Part shown: positions 12,974-22,800 of the stretch, piece by piece
Numbering within the stretch: the first letter of the stretch is position 1
Layout: every line of letters starts with the position of its first letter
Source: Spirochaetia bacterium
Lineage (GTDB): Bacteria; Spirochaetota; Spirochaetia; SZUA-6; Bin103
Assembly: GCA_965203055.1 (NCBI GenBank)
Contig: OZ241863.1
Coordinates: 2,432,001 to 2,496,000, forward strand
Length of the DNA: 64,000 nucleotides
Direction of reading: 5' to 3'
Position numbers and translations under genes: made by a program
Notes under the pieces: model-generated
Told to the model about the DNA's origin: nothing
The model's database searches: none
The model's input: the letters and a program-made list of their open reading frames with translations, nothing else

Positions 12974-14634
12974 GTGAACAAACCCCCTACGGGCCGCCGT
13001 CCTGAGATCAGCTCCGGCAACAGAGCGTCCCGGAGGTCTGCAAGACGGCGCGACTCACGCGCAGCCGCGCTGGCACGCGCGATGAGCGGACCAGCCATCT
13101 GCCCGAAGGTGCGCGCAATCTGCTCCCCAGGAGCAGGAATCGGGTATTGAGAGAGTACCTGTGGAGACACGCGCTGGCGTCCGCTCGTACCCGACATGTT
13201 CCTGATCAAGAATGCACGGAAACGAGGACTGCGCGCAAGACAGTAGGCGAACACGTTCGGGAGCGGCGGTCTGGGGCTCATGACGATGAACTCCGTCGAT
13301 CCCCAGCCGGTGGCGTTCGGTTCCAGAAAGTCCACGTAGGCAGTCTTGCCGTTCTCAAGGCAAGGCGTTATCCGCGCGACGAGCGTATCGCCGTTGACGA
13401 ACCTCGTCCCTGAACCGTACGGCCGTTCTCTCACCATATGTGGAGTATGCCCCGACATGGGCATATTCGCCATGTCAACGTACGGTGCGATCTCCCTCTT
13501 GCGCAAGCGCCGCGTCGGATTGACTTCGATCAACTCGGCAACCGGAACCACCTTCCAGCCTTCGGGAACGTCACCGATCTCCGATTTCACCAAGCTGTCG
13601 GGAAACTGATCGGCGCCATATTCCGGCCGGCCGGTGTCGTAGCGGCCCTCCATCTTGACACGGACGGGATCGAAGTCGATGAACCACGACTTGAACAGCG
13701 TTTGCACCAGGGCATCCAGCGTCTCGTTCATGCGGCGGTTCAACTCGATCTTGTCGTCGAGGGTGCCAAGGATATGAGCGATTTCGCGTTGGTCAGTAGG
13801 CGATGGTACCGCTACGTCCATGCTGGCGAGGTCTCGCTTCGTGACATGGCCCAGACCGGTCGTCTGTTTGTTCCTCGCGATCTCTACGAAGTTAGGACGG
13901 AGGTAACGCAACAAGTAGTAGAAGAACGTAGTGTCAATGCTCTTTCTCGGTGTTACTCGAAAGACGTGCTGATTCAGCCATCCGTCTGGTCCTCGCCATC
14001 GGAAGGCATCAATAGAAGAATCCGGCTGGCCGGACCAAGAAAATAGTAAGTCACCATTCCTGACTCGAACCGATTCGTCGAATGTCTGCTCTGTAAATTT
14101 GGTCTGCTGTGTTATTCCTCCTTTGATTTCCGCTATCTTGATAACCGGCTTTCCGCCATGGCTAAATTGTATTCTTCGGAACGCCAAGCCATTTACCCAT
14201 TGAGCCAATGAAAACAAGGGACGTCTCTTCCAATGTTTGGAGAATTTTGGATGGTAGAACCATCCTGATGTGGAGCTCTCTCCGTTATCATCACCCGTCA
14301 CCGACGTGATTATCACATGATTACGCTGTATTTCACGGTGGAAGCTCTCCGGCAAGCGCGCCCAGTCGTGCGCTTCGACCAGGAACGGAACCGTGGAGTC
14401 GCGCAGTGCTTCCTCGAAGTCGACCAGCCGCGTAATGTCGATCTTGGCGAGGCCGGGGCCGCGCAGCACGAGGTCGAGGTCGCTGCCGTCGTGGCTCTCG
14501 CCGTTCACGCGGCTGCCGTAGGCCCACACTTCCGCCTCGGGCAGGTGCTCCTGCAGCAGCGCTTCGAGCATGGCGCGATGGCGCGCCGACAGGTGCAGCG
14601 TGCCGGCGGGCCGCTCGCCCGGTGAGTCAGGCAT
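12970..14634 (-). CDS. hsdS: Type I R-M specificity subunit with N-terminal minimal nucleotidyltransferase (MNT) domain
   Basis: N-terminal GSRVNGESHDGSDLD (GSX10DXD); two TRDs, EIAHILGTLDDKIELNRRMN helix, LRDALLPELISG end. Confidence 0.93.
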   Translation of the reverse strand: MPDSPGERPAGTLHLSARHRAMLEALLQEHLPEAEVWAYGSRVNGESHDGSDLDLVLRGPGLAKIDITRLVDFEEALRDSTVPFLVEAHDWARLPESFHREIQRNHVIITSVTGDDNGESSTSGWFYHPKFSKHWKRRPLFSLAQWVNGLAFRRIQFSHGGKPVIKIAEIKGGITQQTKFTEQTFDESVRVRNGDLLFSWSGQPDSSIDAFRWRGPDGWLNQHVFRVTPRKSIDTTFFYYLLRYLRPNFVEIARNKQTTGLGHVTKRDLASMDVAVPSPTDQREIAHILGTLDDKIELNRRMNETLDALVQTLFKSWFIDFDPVRVKMEGRYDTGRPEYGADQFPDSLVKSEIGDVPEGWKVVPVAELIEVNPTRRLRKREIAPYVDMANMPMSGHTPHMVRERPYGSGTRFVNGDTLVARITPCLENGKTAYVDFLEPNATGWGSTEFIVMSPRPPLPNVFAYCLARSPRFRAFLIRNMSGTSGRQRVSPQVLSQYPIPAPGEQIARTFGQMAGPLIARASAAARESRRLADLRDALLPELISGRRPVGGLFT

Positions 14635-15061
14635 CGCCCGTCCCGTCGATGACGGCAGCCAACATCTTGGCATCGGCGATGAAGGCCGGGAGCAGCTTCA
14701 GGGTCGCCTCGGCAAAGCCTTCACCGTAGTCGTGGGCAGTGTCGTTGCGATTGTCGCGGTATTCCAGCCAGCGCTCGCAGGCGTCCGCCGGCAGCAGGCA
14801 GTGCTTGGCGGCGTGCCGGAACACGTCCTTGAACACGAGACGGTCGGCCTGCCGGTTGCTGGCGAACCAGGGGCGCAGGCGCTTCTTCAGCAGCTTGCCG
14901 CTCTGCTCCAGCACCAACTCGAACTCCTTGACGCAGGCGGCGCGGTAGATGTCGTGGAGTACGTCGTCGCCGGCGTCCTGGTCGCGGAGTCTGTCGAGCG
15001 CCTGCTCCAGGGTCCTGATGCAGCGCTTCAGATAAGTGGTGTCTATCGCCCTCTGTTCCAT
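14627..15061 (-). CDS. HEPN-domain protein (HI0074/NTase substrate-binding family), putative RNase toxin
   Basis: YRAACVKEFE and RNDTAHDY (RX4HXY); overlaps the MNT-hsdS start. Confidence 0.9.
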   Translation of the reverse strand: MEQRAIDTTYLKRCIRTLEQALDRLRDQDAGDDVLHDIYRAACVKEFELVLEQSGKLLKKRLRPWFASNRQADRLVFKDVFRHAAKHCLLPADACERWLEYRDNRNDTAHDYGEGFAEATLKLLPAFIADAKMLAAVIDGTGDA

Positions 15062-15215
15062 AGGTCCTGCTCAATCAACCGTGCGCCGGCCACCGCGCCG
15101 ATGAGTCCTGCACGACCGGGCGCTGCAACATACCACGGCAGACGCCCCCGATTCGCGGCCGGCGGCGCCGTTGCGCTTGACGTACCGATCTCTGCACGTA
15201 CAGTACCACGTACTC

Positions 15216-15497
15216 ATGTCGAGTGAACGGATCACGAACTACGCCGAGGCCCGTCATAATCTCAAGTCGTTGATGGACAGCGTCATCGAGGACCGCGCGC
15301 CGGTGATCATCACGCGGGCGACGGGCGACCCGGTGGTCATGTTGGCCAAATCGGAGTACGACGCCACGATGGAGACCCTTCACCTGCTGCGCTCGGCGCG
15401 AAACGCGGAACGCCTGCGCGGCGCGATAGCCGGCGTCGAAGCGGGCGACGTCGTCCACGCCGACCTCGTCGACGAGGAGATCACCGAACGGCCGTGA
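15216..15497 (+). CDS. yefM: Phd/YefM family antitoxin
   Basis: NYAEARHNLKSLMDSVIED.APVIITR...EYDATMETLHLLRS; GTAC repeats upstream. Confidence 0.88.
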   Translation: MSSERITNYAEARHNLKSLMDSVIEDRAPVIITRATGDPVVMLAKSEYDATMETLHLLRSARNAERLRGAIAGVEAGDVVHADLVDEEITERP

Positions 15498-15594
15498 GCA
15501 AGGAGCGTCGCCGGGCCGTCATCGCGTTCTCTTGGTTGGCATTGAGACGATCATTCCCAGTCGAAAGATGACGAGCCTGTACGTTAGGAGGATA
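15494..15594 (+). pseudogene. Fused relics of two toxins (YoeB-like 5' end, BrnT-like 3' end)
   Basis: GTGA-coupled VSKERRRAVIAFS joined to ETIIPSRKMTSLYVRR. Confidence 0.5.
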
Positions 15595-15600
15595 ACCGGA

Positions 15601-15818
15601 GTGAATCTGACCGAAGATGGCAGAGCGTTCCTGACGTTGAGAGGGAAGCCGAACGCTACCGCGCGGCCGCTCGCGCCACCTTGCAGAAAGACAAGCGCGT
15701 CACCATCAGGATGTCCGAACATGACCTGAACCGCTTTCGGAAAGCTGCCCTGCGCGATGGCCTGCCGTATCAGACACTCATTGCCAGTACCCTGCACAAG
15801 TATATCCTGCGGCAGTAG
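15601..15818 (+). pseudogene. CopG/BrnA-like antitoxin with a 5' frameshifting deletion
   Basis: AGGAGG-GTG VNLTED, frame break, then WQSVPD...KDKRVTIRMSEHDL...DGLPYQTLIASTLHKY*. Confidence 0.7.
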
Positions 15819-15885
15819 CGGAGGTAGCCGGTTCAGTGCGATGGCAGGTCCCCTGCTTCGACCACGCCGGCGCCGGGGCGGGGCG

Positions 15886-17427
15886 TCAGGCGCGGGCTAC
15901 CTCGAAGGCGGCGATGGTGCGCGCCTCGCGGCTGAACTCCACGCCGATCAGGTGGATCGGCTCCCCGGAAGCTCGGTACTTGTCGGCGTAGCCGCGCGCC
16001 CGCAACTGCGCCAGCGCCGCGCCTTCGGGCTCCAGCTCCACCACCTTGAATTCGAACAGATAGACGGTGCCCCGGTACCGGACCGCCAAGTCGACGCGCC
16101 CGCGGCTGCTCGACTCTTCGGCCGCCGGCTCCAGTCCCGCCGCCGCGAACCAGGCGTAGAACACGGTCGCGTAGTAGCCCTCGTAGCGCGCGATGTCGTT
16201 GCGCGTGTGCCACTCATACGGGATGCCGGCGAAGAACGCCCGGAACAGCGCCTCCAACCCCGCGAAGTCGCGCGCCGCCAGCAGCCGGCGCAGGCGGCCG
16301 CGGTCCGCGGCCTGACCCGCCACGCCGAGCGCGCGCAGCAGGTGACGGTTCAGGCTCTGCCGCACCTCGCGGTTGGGATAGCCGAGCCGGTAGAGCGGCT
16401 CGCCGTCGTCATCTTCGACGTCCCGGATCGTCAGGTAGCCGGTCTGGAACAGCAGCGCCGCCGGCTCCATCTCTTCCACGTCGAACGCGGACAGCAGATC
16501 GCCGCCGGCCAGCATCCCGTCCAGCGCCGGGGCCGCGACCCCACGCTCGATCAGCGTGTCGATCAGAAACGCCGGCGTGCCGGTCTCGAACCAATGGGCG
16601 GCGAACTCCCGGCGGTCGAACAGCAGCAGAATGTCGAACGGGTTGTAGACCCGATCGTCACCGCGCCAGTTGTAGCCGTTGTACCAATCGCGGATCTCCT
16701 CCCGGTCCAGCCCCGGCAGCTCCGCCGCGAACACCGTGTCCAGGTCGGCCTCGGTGTAGCCGCAGATCGCCGCATAGCGCGGATCCAGCGTGATGTCGAT
16801 CAGATTGTTGAGGCCGGAGAAGACGCTGACCTTGGAGAATTTGCTCACCCCGGTCAGCAGCGTGAACTCGACGTGCGCGTCGCAGGTCTTGATGGTCGCG
16901 TACAGCCCGCGCAGGTAGCCGCGGTTGGCGCGCGCCGTCTCCTTGTGCTCCAGCACGTCCAGGATCGGCTTGTCGTACTCGTCGACCAGCACCGCCGCCC
17001 GCTGCCCGGATCGCGCGTGCAGCGCTTCCAGCAGGTACGCCAGCCGACCCGGGGCCGTGCGGTACTCGGGGGTGATACCGGCGCGCCGCTCGATGGCGGC
17101 GAGCTGCTCCATGACGCTGGCTTCCAGCAGGGCCGGCTCGCGGTAGTCGCCGGCGCCGAAGTCGAGGCGCACCACCGGGCGGCGCTTGGACCACTCCCAG
17201 TGGTCGTGGACGTACAGGCCGCGGAACAGTGCCTCGCTGCCCTCGAACAGTTCCTTGATGGTGTCGAGCAGCAGGCTCTTGCCGAAGCGCCGCGGGCGGG
17301 ACAGGAAGTAGTGCTTTCCCTTCTCCGTCAGGCGGAGGATGAAGGCGGTCTTGTCGACGTAGTAGCAGTCGTCCGTGCGTATCTCGCGGAAGGTCTGGAT
17401 GCCGGTCGGCAGCTTCCGGCGCGTCAT
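15886..17427 (-). CDS. AAA-ATPase-like plus PD-(D/E)XK nuclease protein
   Basis: LPTGIQTF, YVDKT, SRPRRFGKSL, VDEYDKP, EGYYAT, GRVDL...FEFK. Confidence 0.92.
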   Translation of the reverse strand: MTRRKLPTGIQTFREIRTDDCYYVDKTAFILRLTEKGKHYFLSRPRRFGKSLLLDTIKELFEGSEALFRGLYVHDHWEWSKRRPVVRLDFGAGDYREPALLEASVMEQLAAIERRAGITPEYRTAPGRLAYLLEALHARSGQRAAVLVDEYDKPILDVLEHKETARANRGYLRGLYATIKTCDAHVEFTLLTGVSKFSKVSVFSGLNNLIDITLDPRYAAICGYTEADLDTVFAAELPGLDREEIRDWYNGYNWRGDDRVYNPFDILLLFDRREFAAHWFETGTPAFLIDTLIERGVAAPALDGMLAGGDLLSAFDVEEMEPAALLFQTGYLTIRDVEDDDGEPLYRLGYPNREVRQSLNRHLLRALGVAGQAADRGRLRRLLAARDFAGLEALFRAFFAGIPYEWHTRNDIARYEGYYATVFYAWFAAAGLEPAAEESSSRGRVDLAVRYRGTVYLFEFKVVELEPEGAALAQLRARGYADKYRASGEPIHLIGVEFSREARTIAAFEVARA

Positions 17428-17834
17428 GGGCGTGTCTCGGTGCGGCGCGGTCACGGTCCGGCCATGATAGCCGAACGGCGCGCCGCTATCATCCGCTCAT
17501 CCGCCGGCCTTACTCCTTACGGCCCCTGCGCCGCGTGCGCACCAAGGACCAGCCGTCGGTGGCTGCGGCCGCCGCCAAGGCGGGGTCAGCACCGCCACCG
17601 GCTACCGCTCGCGTGCGTTCGATGACCTGGACGCCTACCGCCGGTTGATCGCCGAATTGGTCGATGACGGCCGCGACCGGCAGCGCCAGACAGGCGACCG
17701 GCAGCGCCCCGAAGCGCGTGACGGGGTGTTGCCACGACGCTGATCAAGGGGAGAAATGTCTGAGGATACGTACCGCTGGCTCAAAGTTCCTCCATGAGAG
17801 CGCAGCCACTGGGGAACATCGTTTGGGTCAACTG

Positions 17835-18731
17835 TTAGCCATGCCGTGTCGCTGCCAGCCGAGCTGTGGGCTGATCTTCGTCGGGTAGAACGAGGCTTTC
17901 GCAGCCGCTGAATTCGACGCCGTACGATGCCAGGCGCTTGCTCATGACCCGTATCGCATCCGGATTGTCGTCGATCAAAATGAAGTCGCGGCCGAGCCGC
18001 GCAGCGGCCTCGCCCAGCGTTCCGCTGCCCGCGAAGAAGTCGATCACCAATTCGCCGGGATGGGTGTGCACGCGGACGATTCGCTCAATGATGCCGACCG
18101 GCTTCTGCGTCGCGTAGCCAGTCTTTTCCTTGCCGTTGGGACTGACGATCGTATGCCACCAGACGTCGGTCGGCGTCTTGCCGCGGGCTGCCTTTTCGGC
18201 ACCGACCAGGCCGGGAGCCAAGTACGGAATCCGGTCGATCTCGTCGTAGCGGAAGGTGTAGTTCGCCGGGTCCTTGGCGTACCAAAGGATATTGTCGTGC
18301 TTGGCCGGCCATCGGGACTTGGAGCGGCCGCCGTAGTCGTAGGCCCAAATGATCTCGTTGATGAACGACGCGCGACCGAAGAGTTCGTCCAACAGCACCT
18401 TGCAATAGTGGACTTCCCGATAGTCCACGTGCAGGAAGAACGAGCCGTTCGGTTTGAGCACGCGCCGCGCCTCGCGCAACCGGGGCTCCAGGAAGCCGAG
18501 GTAATCGTCGAACGCGTCGGCATAGCCACTGGTGCCGATCTCGATAGTCCGATAGCGCTTGCCCTGGAAGCCGGTGCGGTCGCCGGATGCCTCATCCCGC
18601 ACCGTGCTGATGGTCGTCCTGGATTGCGTCCGCCCGGTATTGAACGGCGGATCGATATAGACGAGCGCCGCCGACTCGTCCGGCACCGACGCTAGCGCTT
18701 CGAGATTGTCGGAAAAGATCACCTTACGCAT
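17835..18731 (-). CDS. Site-specific N6A/N4C DNA methyltransferase (beta class)
   Basis: YIDPPF before DFFAGSGT; TQKP motif. Confidence 0.93.
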   Translation of the reverse strand: MRKVIFSDNLEALASVPDESAALVYIDPPFNTGRTQSRTTISTVRDEASGDRTGFQGKRYRTIEIGTSGYADAFDDYLGFLEPRLREARRVLKPNGSFFLHVDYREVHYCKVLLDELFGRASFINEIIWAYDYGGRSKSRWPAKHDNILWYAKDPANYTFRYDEIDRIPYLAPGLVGAEKAARGKTPTDVWWHTIVSPNGKEKTGYATQKPVGIIERIVRVHTHPGELVIDFFAGSGTLGEAAARLGRDFILIDDNPDAIRVMSKRLASYGVEFSGCESLVLPDEDQPTARLAATRHG

Positions 18732-18802
18732 ATCAGTATGCGCTGCATAAAGCTCGGATACCGTTAGCAGTGTTTTGTTGTCCGGTCAGTATGGGCAGAT
18801 TA

Positions 18803-19180
18803 TCATGCAGAACTGACTTCTAACTCTTCCGGTGCCTTGCTGACCCACTCCGGTGCGTACAACAGTACGGGAGCGACGTTGTCGTCGGCCCATAAGGCTG
18901 AATCTTGGCCCCAGTAAAAAAAGTGAGCCGTGCGATTATCCTTCAGCGCTTTCTGTTTGGCGCTACCTTTTTTACTGTAGACTACCACGATGTCGCCTCG
19001 GTTTACCGGCTTGTAGGGAAACCAGAACGTATTTTCGACCTTGGTAGTTACCTGGTCGTCTTCAAACCCCGTGCAAATGAGCATGAAATCGCCGATGTCG
19101 GCATCGCGCAGGACTCGAAGCGCAAGCCGTTCGTACTCCAGGTTTCCCTTGTCTAGAACGAATTCGATCTCTACTCTCAC
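18803..19180 (-). CDS. Hypothetical beta-rich protein, lamin-tail-like
   Basis: GTG 19180 after GGAGAAG, overlapping the upstream stop; DKG.LE.ER, FWFP...GDIVVVYSKKG, HFFYWG. Confidence 0.65.
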   Translation of the reverse strand: MRVEIEFVLDKGNLEYERLALRVLRDADIGDFMLICTGFEDDQVTTKVENTFWFPYKPVNRGDIVVVYSKKGSAKQKALKDNRTAHFFYWGQDSALWADDNVAPVLLYAPEWVSKAPEELEVSSA

Positions 19181-19650
19181 TTCTTCTCCTCCGATGAACC
19201 AGCTGGCCGTTTCAAGGCCAGCCGTGCCACCACTGGTCCCACAACAAACAATCCGCCGACGACGAATGCGATCCATCTGTGGGATGACGGCAGTGACGAC
19301 AGATAACCAAGGATCAAAGCGCCGCCTATCAAAGCTGCATCAAGGAGGATGTCTTGCACAGTCGACTTCTTGAGCCGTTCCCGCAGTACCGCGACCTCCT
19401 TATCACGTCCATGGAATCTCTCCCTGATCTCCTTCAGTTCTTCGTTCTCGTCCTGCAACCGGTCATGCAGGTCAAGGATCATCTTCTGGGTGCCGGTCTG
19501 CCGAAGGTCCTCCAGGGACAATTGCCGCGACAGACCGTGGAAGGGTTGCCGGCCCTTCCCGAGTGATGCTTCCTCGCCGCCACCCCCAGGCTCAGCGTAT
19601 TCGTCCAGTTGGCGGTTCGGAGGTTCGGCGCCGGTGTCACCGGCCGGCAA
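19177..19650 (-). CDS. Hypothetical coiled-coil protein with two C-terminal TM helices
   Basis: LHDRLQDENEELKEIRERF coil; ILLDAALIGGALILGYL and WIAFVVGGLFVVGPVV hydrophobic segments. Confidence 0.65.
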   Translation of the reverse strand: MPAGDTGAEPPNRQLDEYAEPGGGGEEASLGKGRQPFHGLSRQLSLEDLRQTGTQKMILDLHDRLQDENEELKEIRERFHGRDKEVAVLRERLKKSTVQDILLDAALIGGALILGYLSSLPSSHRWIAFVVGGLFVVGPVVARLALKRPAGSSEEKK

Positions 19651-19736
19651 GTGAATCAGTCTCCCTCATCCGTTACCGATTGTATCGGATGCCGGGGAGG
19701 CGTCAAGCGCGGGCGCGGTTGCGGCATGTTTGCCGA

Positions 19737-21401
19737 TCATCCGCCGAAGCCGAGCCGCTTCAGGTTGTCGGCGATGGCGGCGTCGAGTGAGCGCGCCTCT
19801 GCCTGCTGCTCGCGCCATAGGGCGGTGAGGCGCTTCATCTTCTCCGCGAACGGCTCGCCGTCGTCCGCCGGCGCTGCGGCGCCGACGTACCGGCCCGGCG
19901 TGAGCACGTAGCCGTGCCGGCGCACCTCCTCCCGCGCGGCGCTCTTGCAGAAGCCGGGCACGTCGGCGTATTCGCCCGCGCCCTCCTCTCCGCGCCACGC
20001 GTGATAGGTGTCGGCGATGCGGGCGATCTCCTCCGCGGTCAGTTCGCGGTGGGTGCGGTCGACCATGCGGCCGAGCTTGCGCGCGTCGATGAACAGCAGC
20101 TCCCCGCGCCGGTCGCGCAGCGCGCCGTTGCCGCGGGCGCGGGCCAGGAACCACAGGCAGGCCGGTATCTGCGTCGAGTAGAACAGTTGCCCCGGCAGCG
20201 CCACCATGCAGTCGATCAGGTCCGCCTCGAGCAGGCTCCGGCGAATGGCGCCTTCGCCGGCCTGGTTCGACGACATCGAGCCGTTGGCCAGCACGAACCC
20301 GGCCACGCCGGCCGGCGCCAGATGATGCACGATGTGCTGCGCCCACGCGAAGTTGGCGTTGCCCTTGGGCGGCGCGCCGTAGCGCCAGCGGCGGTCCTCG
20401 GCCAGCCGTTCGCCGCCCCAGTCGGAGACGTTGAACGGCGGATTGGCCAGGATGAAGTCCGCCTTCAGATCGGGGTGGCGGTCGTCGTGGAAGCTGTCGC
20501 CGTGCTCGATCCGCCCGTCGATGCCGCGGATCGCCAGGTTCATCTTGGCCAGCCGCCACGTCGTGTAATTCGACTCCTGGCCGTAGATCGAGATGTCGGT
20601 CGCGGCGCCGCGCGGCGCCTTGCCGCCGTTGCCATTGCCGGTGGCGTGCGCGTCGATGAACGCGACCGACTGCACGAACATGCCGGACGAGCCGCAGCAC
20701 GGGTCGTACACCCGCCCCCGGTAGGGCTCCAGCATCTCCACCAGCAGCTTGACGATGCAGCGCGGGGTGTAGAACTCCCCGCCCTTCTTGCCCTCGGCGC
20801 TCGCGAACTGCGACAGGAAATACTCGTAGACCCGGCCGAGCACGTCCTTGGAGCGGGCGTCTTCGTCGCCCACCTTGATGTTGCCGATCAGGTCGATGAG
20901 CTGGCCGAGGCGCTGCTGGTCGAAGCCGGGGCGGGCGTAATCCTTGGGCAGCACGTCCTTGAGCGCCGCGTTGTCACGCTCGATGCCGGCCATCGCGTCG
21001 TCGACCGCGCGCCCGATGGCAGGCTGCCGCGCCTGCGCCCGGAGGCGCTCCCAGCGCGCTTCGCGCGGCACCCAGAAGATGTTTTCGGCGCGGTACTCGT
21101 CGGGGTCCTCGGGGTCGGCCCCCTCGCCCCGCTCCGCTTCCAGGACGGCATGTCGCTCCTCGAAGGCGTCGGAGATGTACTTGAGGAAGATCAGCCCCAG
21201 CACGACGTGCTTGTACTCGGCGGCGTCCAGCGAGCCGCGCAGGGTGTCGGCCATGCGCCACAGCTCGGCCTCATGGCCGGTGGTGGCGCCGCTGGCGTCG
21301 GCGGTAGCGGCTGCCTTCCGCGCGGCGCCGGCGTTGCGCCTGTCCGGCCGCCCGCGCGCCCGTCCCTCCGAATCGCCGTCCCTGATGATGAGTCGTGGCA
21401 T
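19737..21401 (-). CDS. hsdM: Type I R-M methyltransferase subunit M
   Basis: [39 protein letters not shown]; exact start uncertain. Confidence 0.96.
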   Translation of the reverse strand: MPRLIIRDGDSEGRARGRPDRRNAGAARKAAATADASGATTGHEAELWRMADTLRGSLDAAEYKHVVLGLIFLKYISDAFEERHAVLEAERGEGADPEDPDEYRAENIFWVPREARWERLRAQARQPAIGRAVDDAMAGIERDNAALKDVLPKDYARPGFDQQRLGQLIDLIGNIKVGDEDARSKDVLGRVYEYFLSQFASAEGKKGGEFYTPRCIVKLLVEMLEPYRGRVYDPCCGSSGMFVQSVAFIDAHATGNGNGGKAPRGAATDISIYGQESNYTTWRLAKMNLAIRGIDGRIEHGDSFHDDRHPDLKADFILANPPFNVSDWGGERLAEDRRWRYGAPPKGNANFAWAQHIVHHLAPAGVAGFVLANGSMSSNQAGEGAIRRSLLEADLIDCMVALPGQLFYSTQIPACLWFLARARGNGALRDRRGELLFIDARKLGRMVDRTHRELTAEEIARIADTYHAWRGEEGAGEYADVPGFCKSAAREEVRRHGYVLTPGRYVGAAAPADDGEPFAEKMKRLTALWREQQAEARSLDAAIADNLKRLGFGG

Positions 21402-21501
21402 CCTCGCATCAACCTCGTCTCGGGTAGTATACGCGCTATCGGGCAGTATCGGGCGGTATTCGGCGGCCTTTGCGCCGGTACCCCGCAGGAGCAGGACGCA
21501 C

Positions 21502-22464
21502 GTGACGCTGGCACCTCGCAGAATACGCACCTCGATCGTCGGTTTGGTCGCCGCGGTACTCGCGCTACTGCTGTGGGCCGGTTCGAGTTCGCCGGCGCGG
21601 GCGCATGAACGTCAGGACGGCGTGCCGCGCACCGCCGTGGTATCCGCCTTCGCGCCGGAGCTGTCGATCCTCAAGGCGGAGCTGGACGGCGCCGTCACCC
21701 ATTCGCTGAAGGGCGTGGAGTTCTCCACCGGGACCCTGCAGGGGCGCCCGGTCGTATTGTTCCTGAGCGGCATCAGCGTCGTCAACGCGGCGATGACGAC
21801 CCAGCTCGCCCTGGACCACTTCACCATCGAGCGGATCGTGTTCTCCGGCATCGCCGGCGGCGTCGATCCCGCGCTCCACGTCGGCGACCTCGTGATCGCC
21901 GACCGATGGGGCCAGTATCTCGAACTGGTCTTTGCCCGCGAGGAGGAAGAGGGATGGCGCCCACCGCCGTTCTTCGACTACCCGTACCCCAACTACGGCA
22001 TGATGTTTCCGCGCTCCGTCACCGTGCAGGGCGTGGGCGCCGGTGCAGGCGCGGACGCGCCGGAGACCCGCTTCTGGTTCCCGGTCGACGCGGCGCTGCT
22101 GGCCGCCGCCGGGGAAGCCGCCGCGGCGGTGACGCTCGCTCGCTGTACGGCGGACGGCGCCTGCCTGCGGCGCGCGCCCAGGATCGTGGTCGGCGGCGCC
22201 GGCGTCTCCGGGAGCGCCTTCATCGACAACGCGGCGTTCCGGGAATACACGTTCGAGACCTTCGGCGCGCGCGTGCTGGACATGGAAAGCGCCGCGGTGG
22301 CGCACGTGGCCTACGCGAACGGCGTCCCATTCATCGCCATCCGCAGCCTGTCCGACCTGGCGGGCGGCGGCGAAGGCGAGAATCAGTTGGAGGTCTTTCT
22401 CGATCTCGCGGCCGGCAACGCGGCTGCGGTCGTCAAGGCGCTCCTGCGCGCGCTGCCCGCATAG
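21502..22464 (+). CDS. Secreted MTA/SAH nucleosidase (PNP_UDP_1) family protein
   Basis: AGGAG-GTG; signal peptide ending [37 protein letters not shown]. Confidence 0.88.
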   Translation: MTLAPRRIRTSIVGLVAAVLALLLWAGSSSPARAHERQDGVPRTAVVSAFAPELSILKAELDGAVTHSLKGVEFSTGTLQGRPVVLFLSGISVVNAAMTTQLALDHFTIERIVFSGIAGGVDPALHVGDLVIADRWGQYLELVFAREEEEGWRPPPFFDYPYPNYGMMFPRSVTVQGVGAGAGADAPETRFWFPVDAALLAAAGEAAAAVTLARCTADGACLRRAPRIVVGGAGVSGSAFIDNAAFREYTFETFGARVLDMESAAVAHVAYANGVPFIAIRSLSDLAGGGEGENQLEVFLDLAAGNAAAVVKALLRALPA

Positions 22465-22490
22465 ACCGGCCTTGAACCTTGAACGGACCA

Positions 22491-22514
22491 CTTGCCCATA
22501 CGTACCCAACGTGA
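22491..22514 (+). repeat. 24-bp direct repeat, left copy (TA promoter region with TACGTA palindrome)
   Basis: CTTGCCCATACGTACCCAACGTGA, 23/24 identical to 37524-37547. Confidence 0.85.
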
Positions 22515-22536
22515 GATATTGATACGTAGCAGCGTC

Positions 22537-22800
22537 ATGAGCACGAAACTCACCCTGAGCGTCAACGCTACGATCGTCCAACGGGCGAAGGAGTTGGCGA
22601 GACGGCGACGAACGAGCCTCTCTGGACTGGTCGAGGAGTATCTCCGATTTGCCAGCGCCGGCCTTGATGAGCGGCCCGCCGTCAGCAGCCGAGTTCAGGC
22701 GGTTGCCGAATCACTGCCGATGCCGCCGGACGCTACCTACGATCGCTTGCAGGAGCAGTACCTGCGGGAAAAGCTACTCGGTGCGGAAGATTCTACTTGA
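22537..22800 (+). CDS. DUF6364-like RHH antitoxin
   Basis: MSTKLTLSVNATIVQRAKELARRRRTSLSGLVEEYL. Confidence 0.85.
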   Translation: MSTKLTLSVNATIVQRAKELARRRRTSLSGLVEEYLRFASAGLDERPAVSSRVQAVAESLPMPPDATYDRLQEQYLREKLLGAEDST

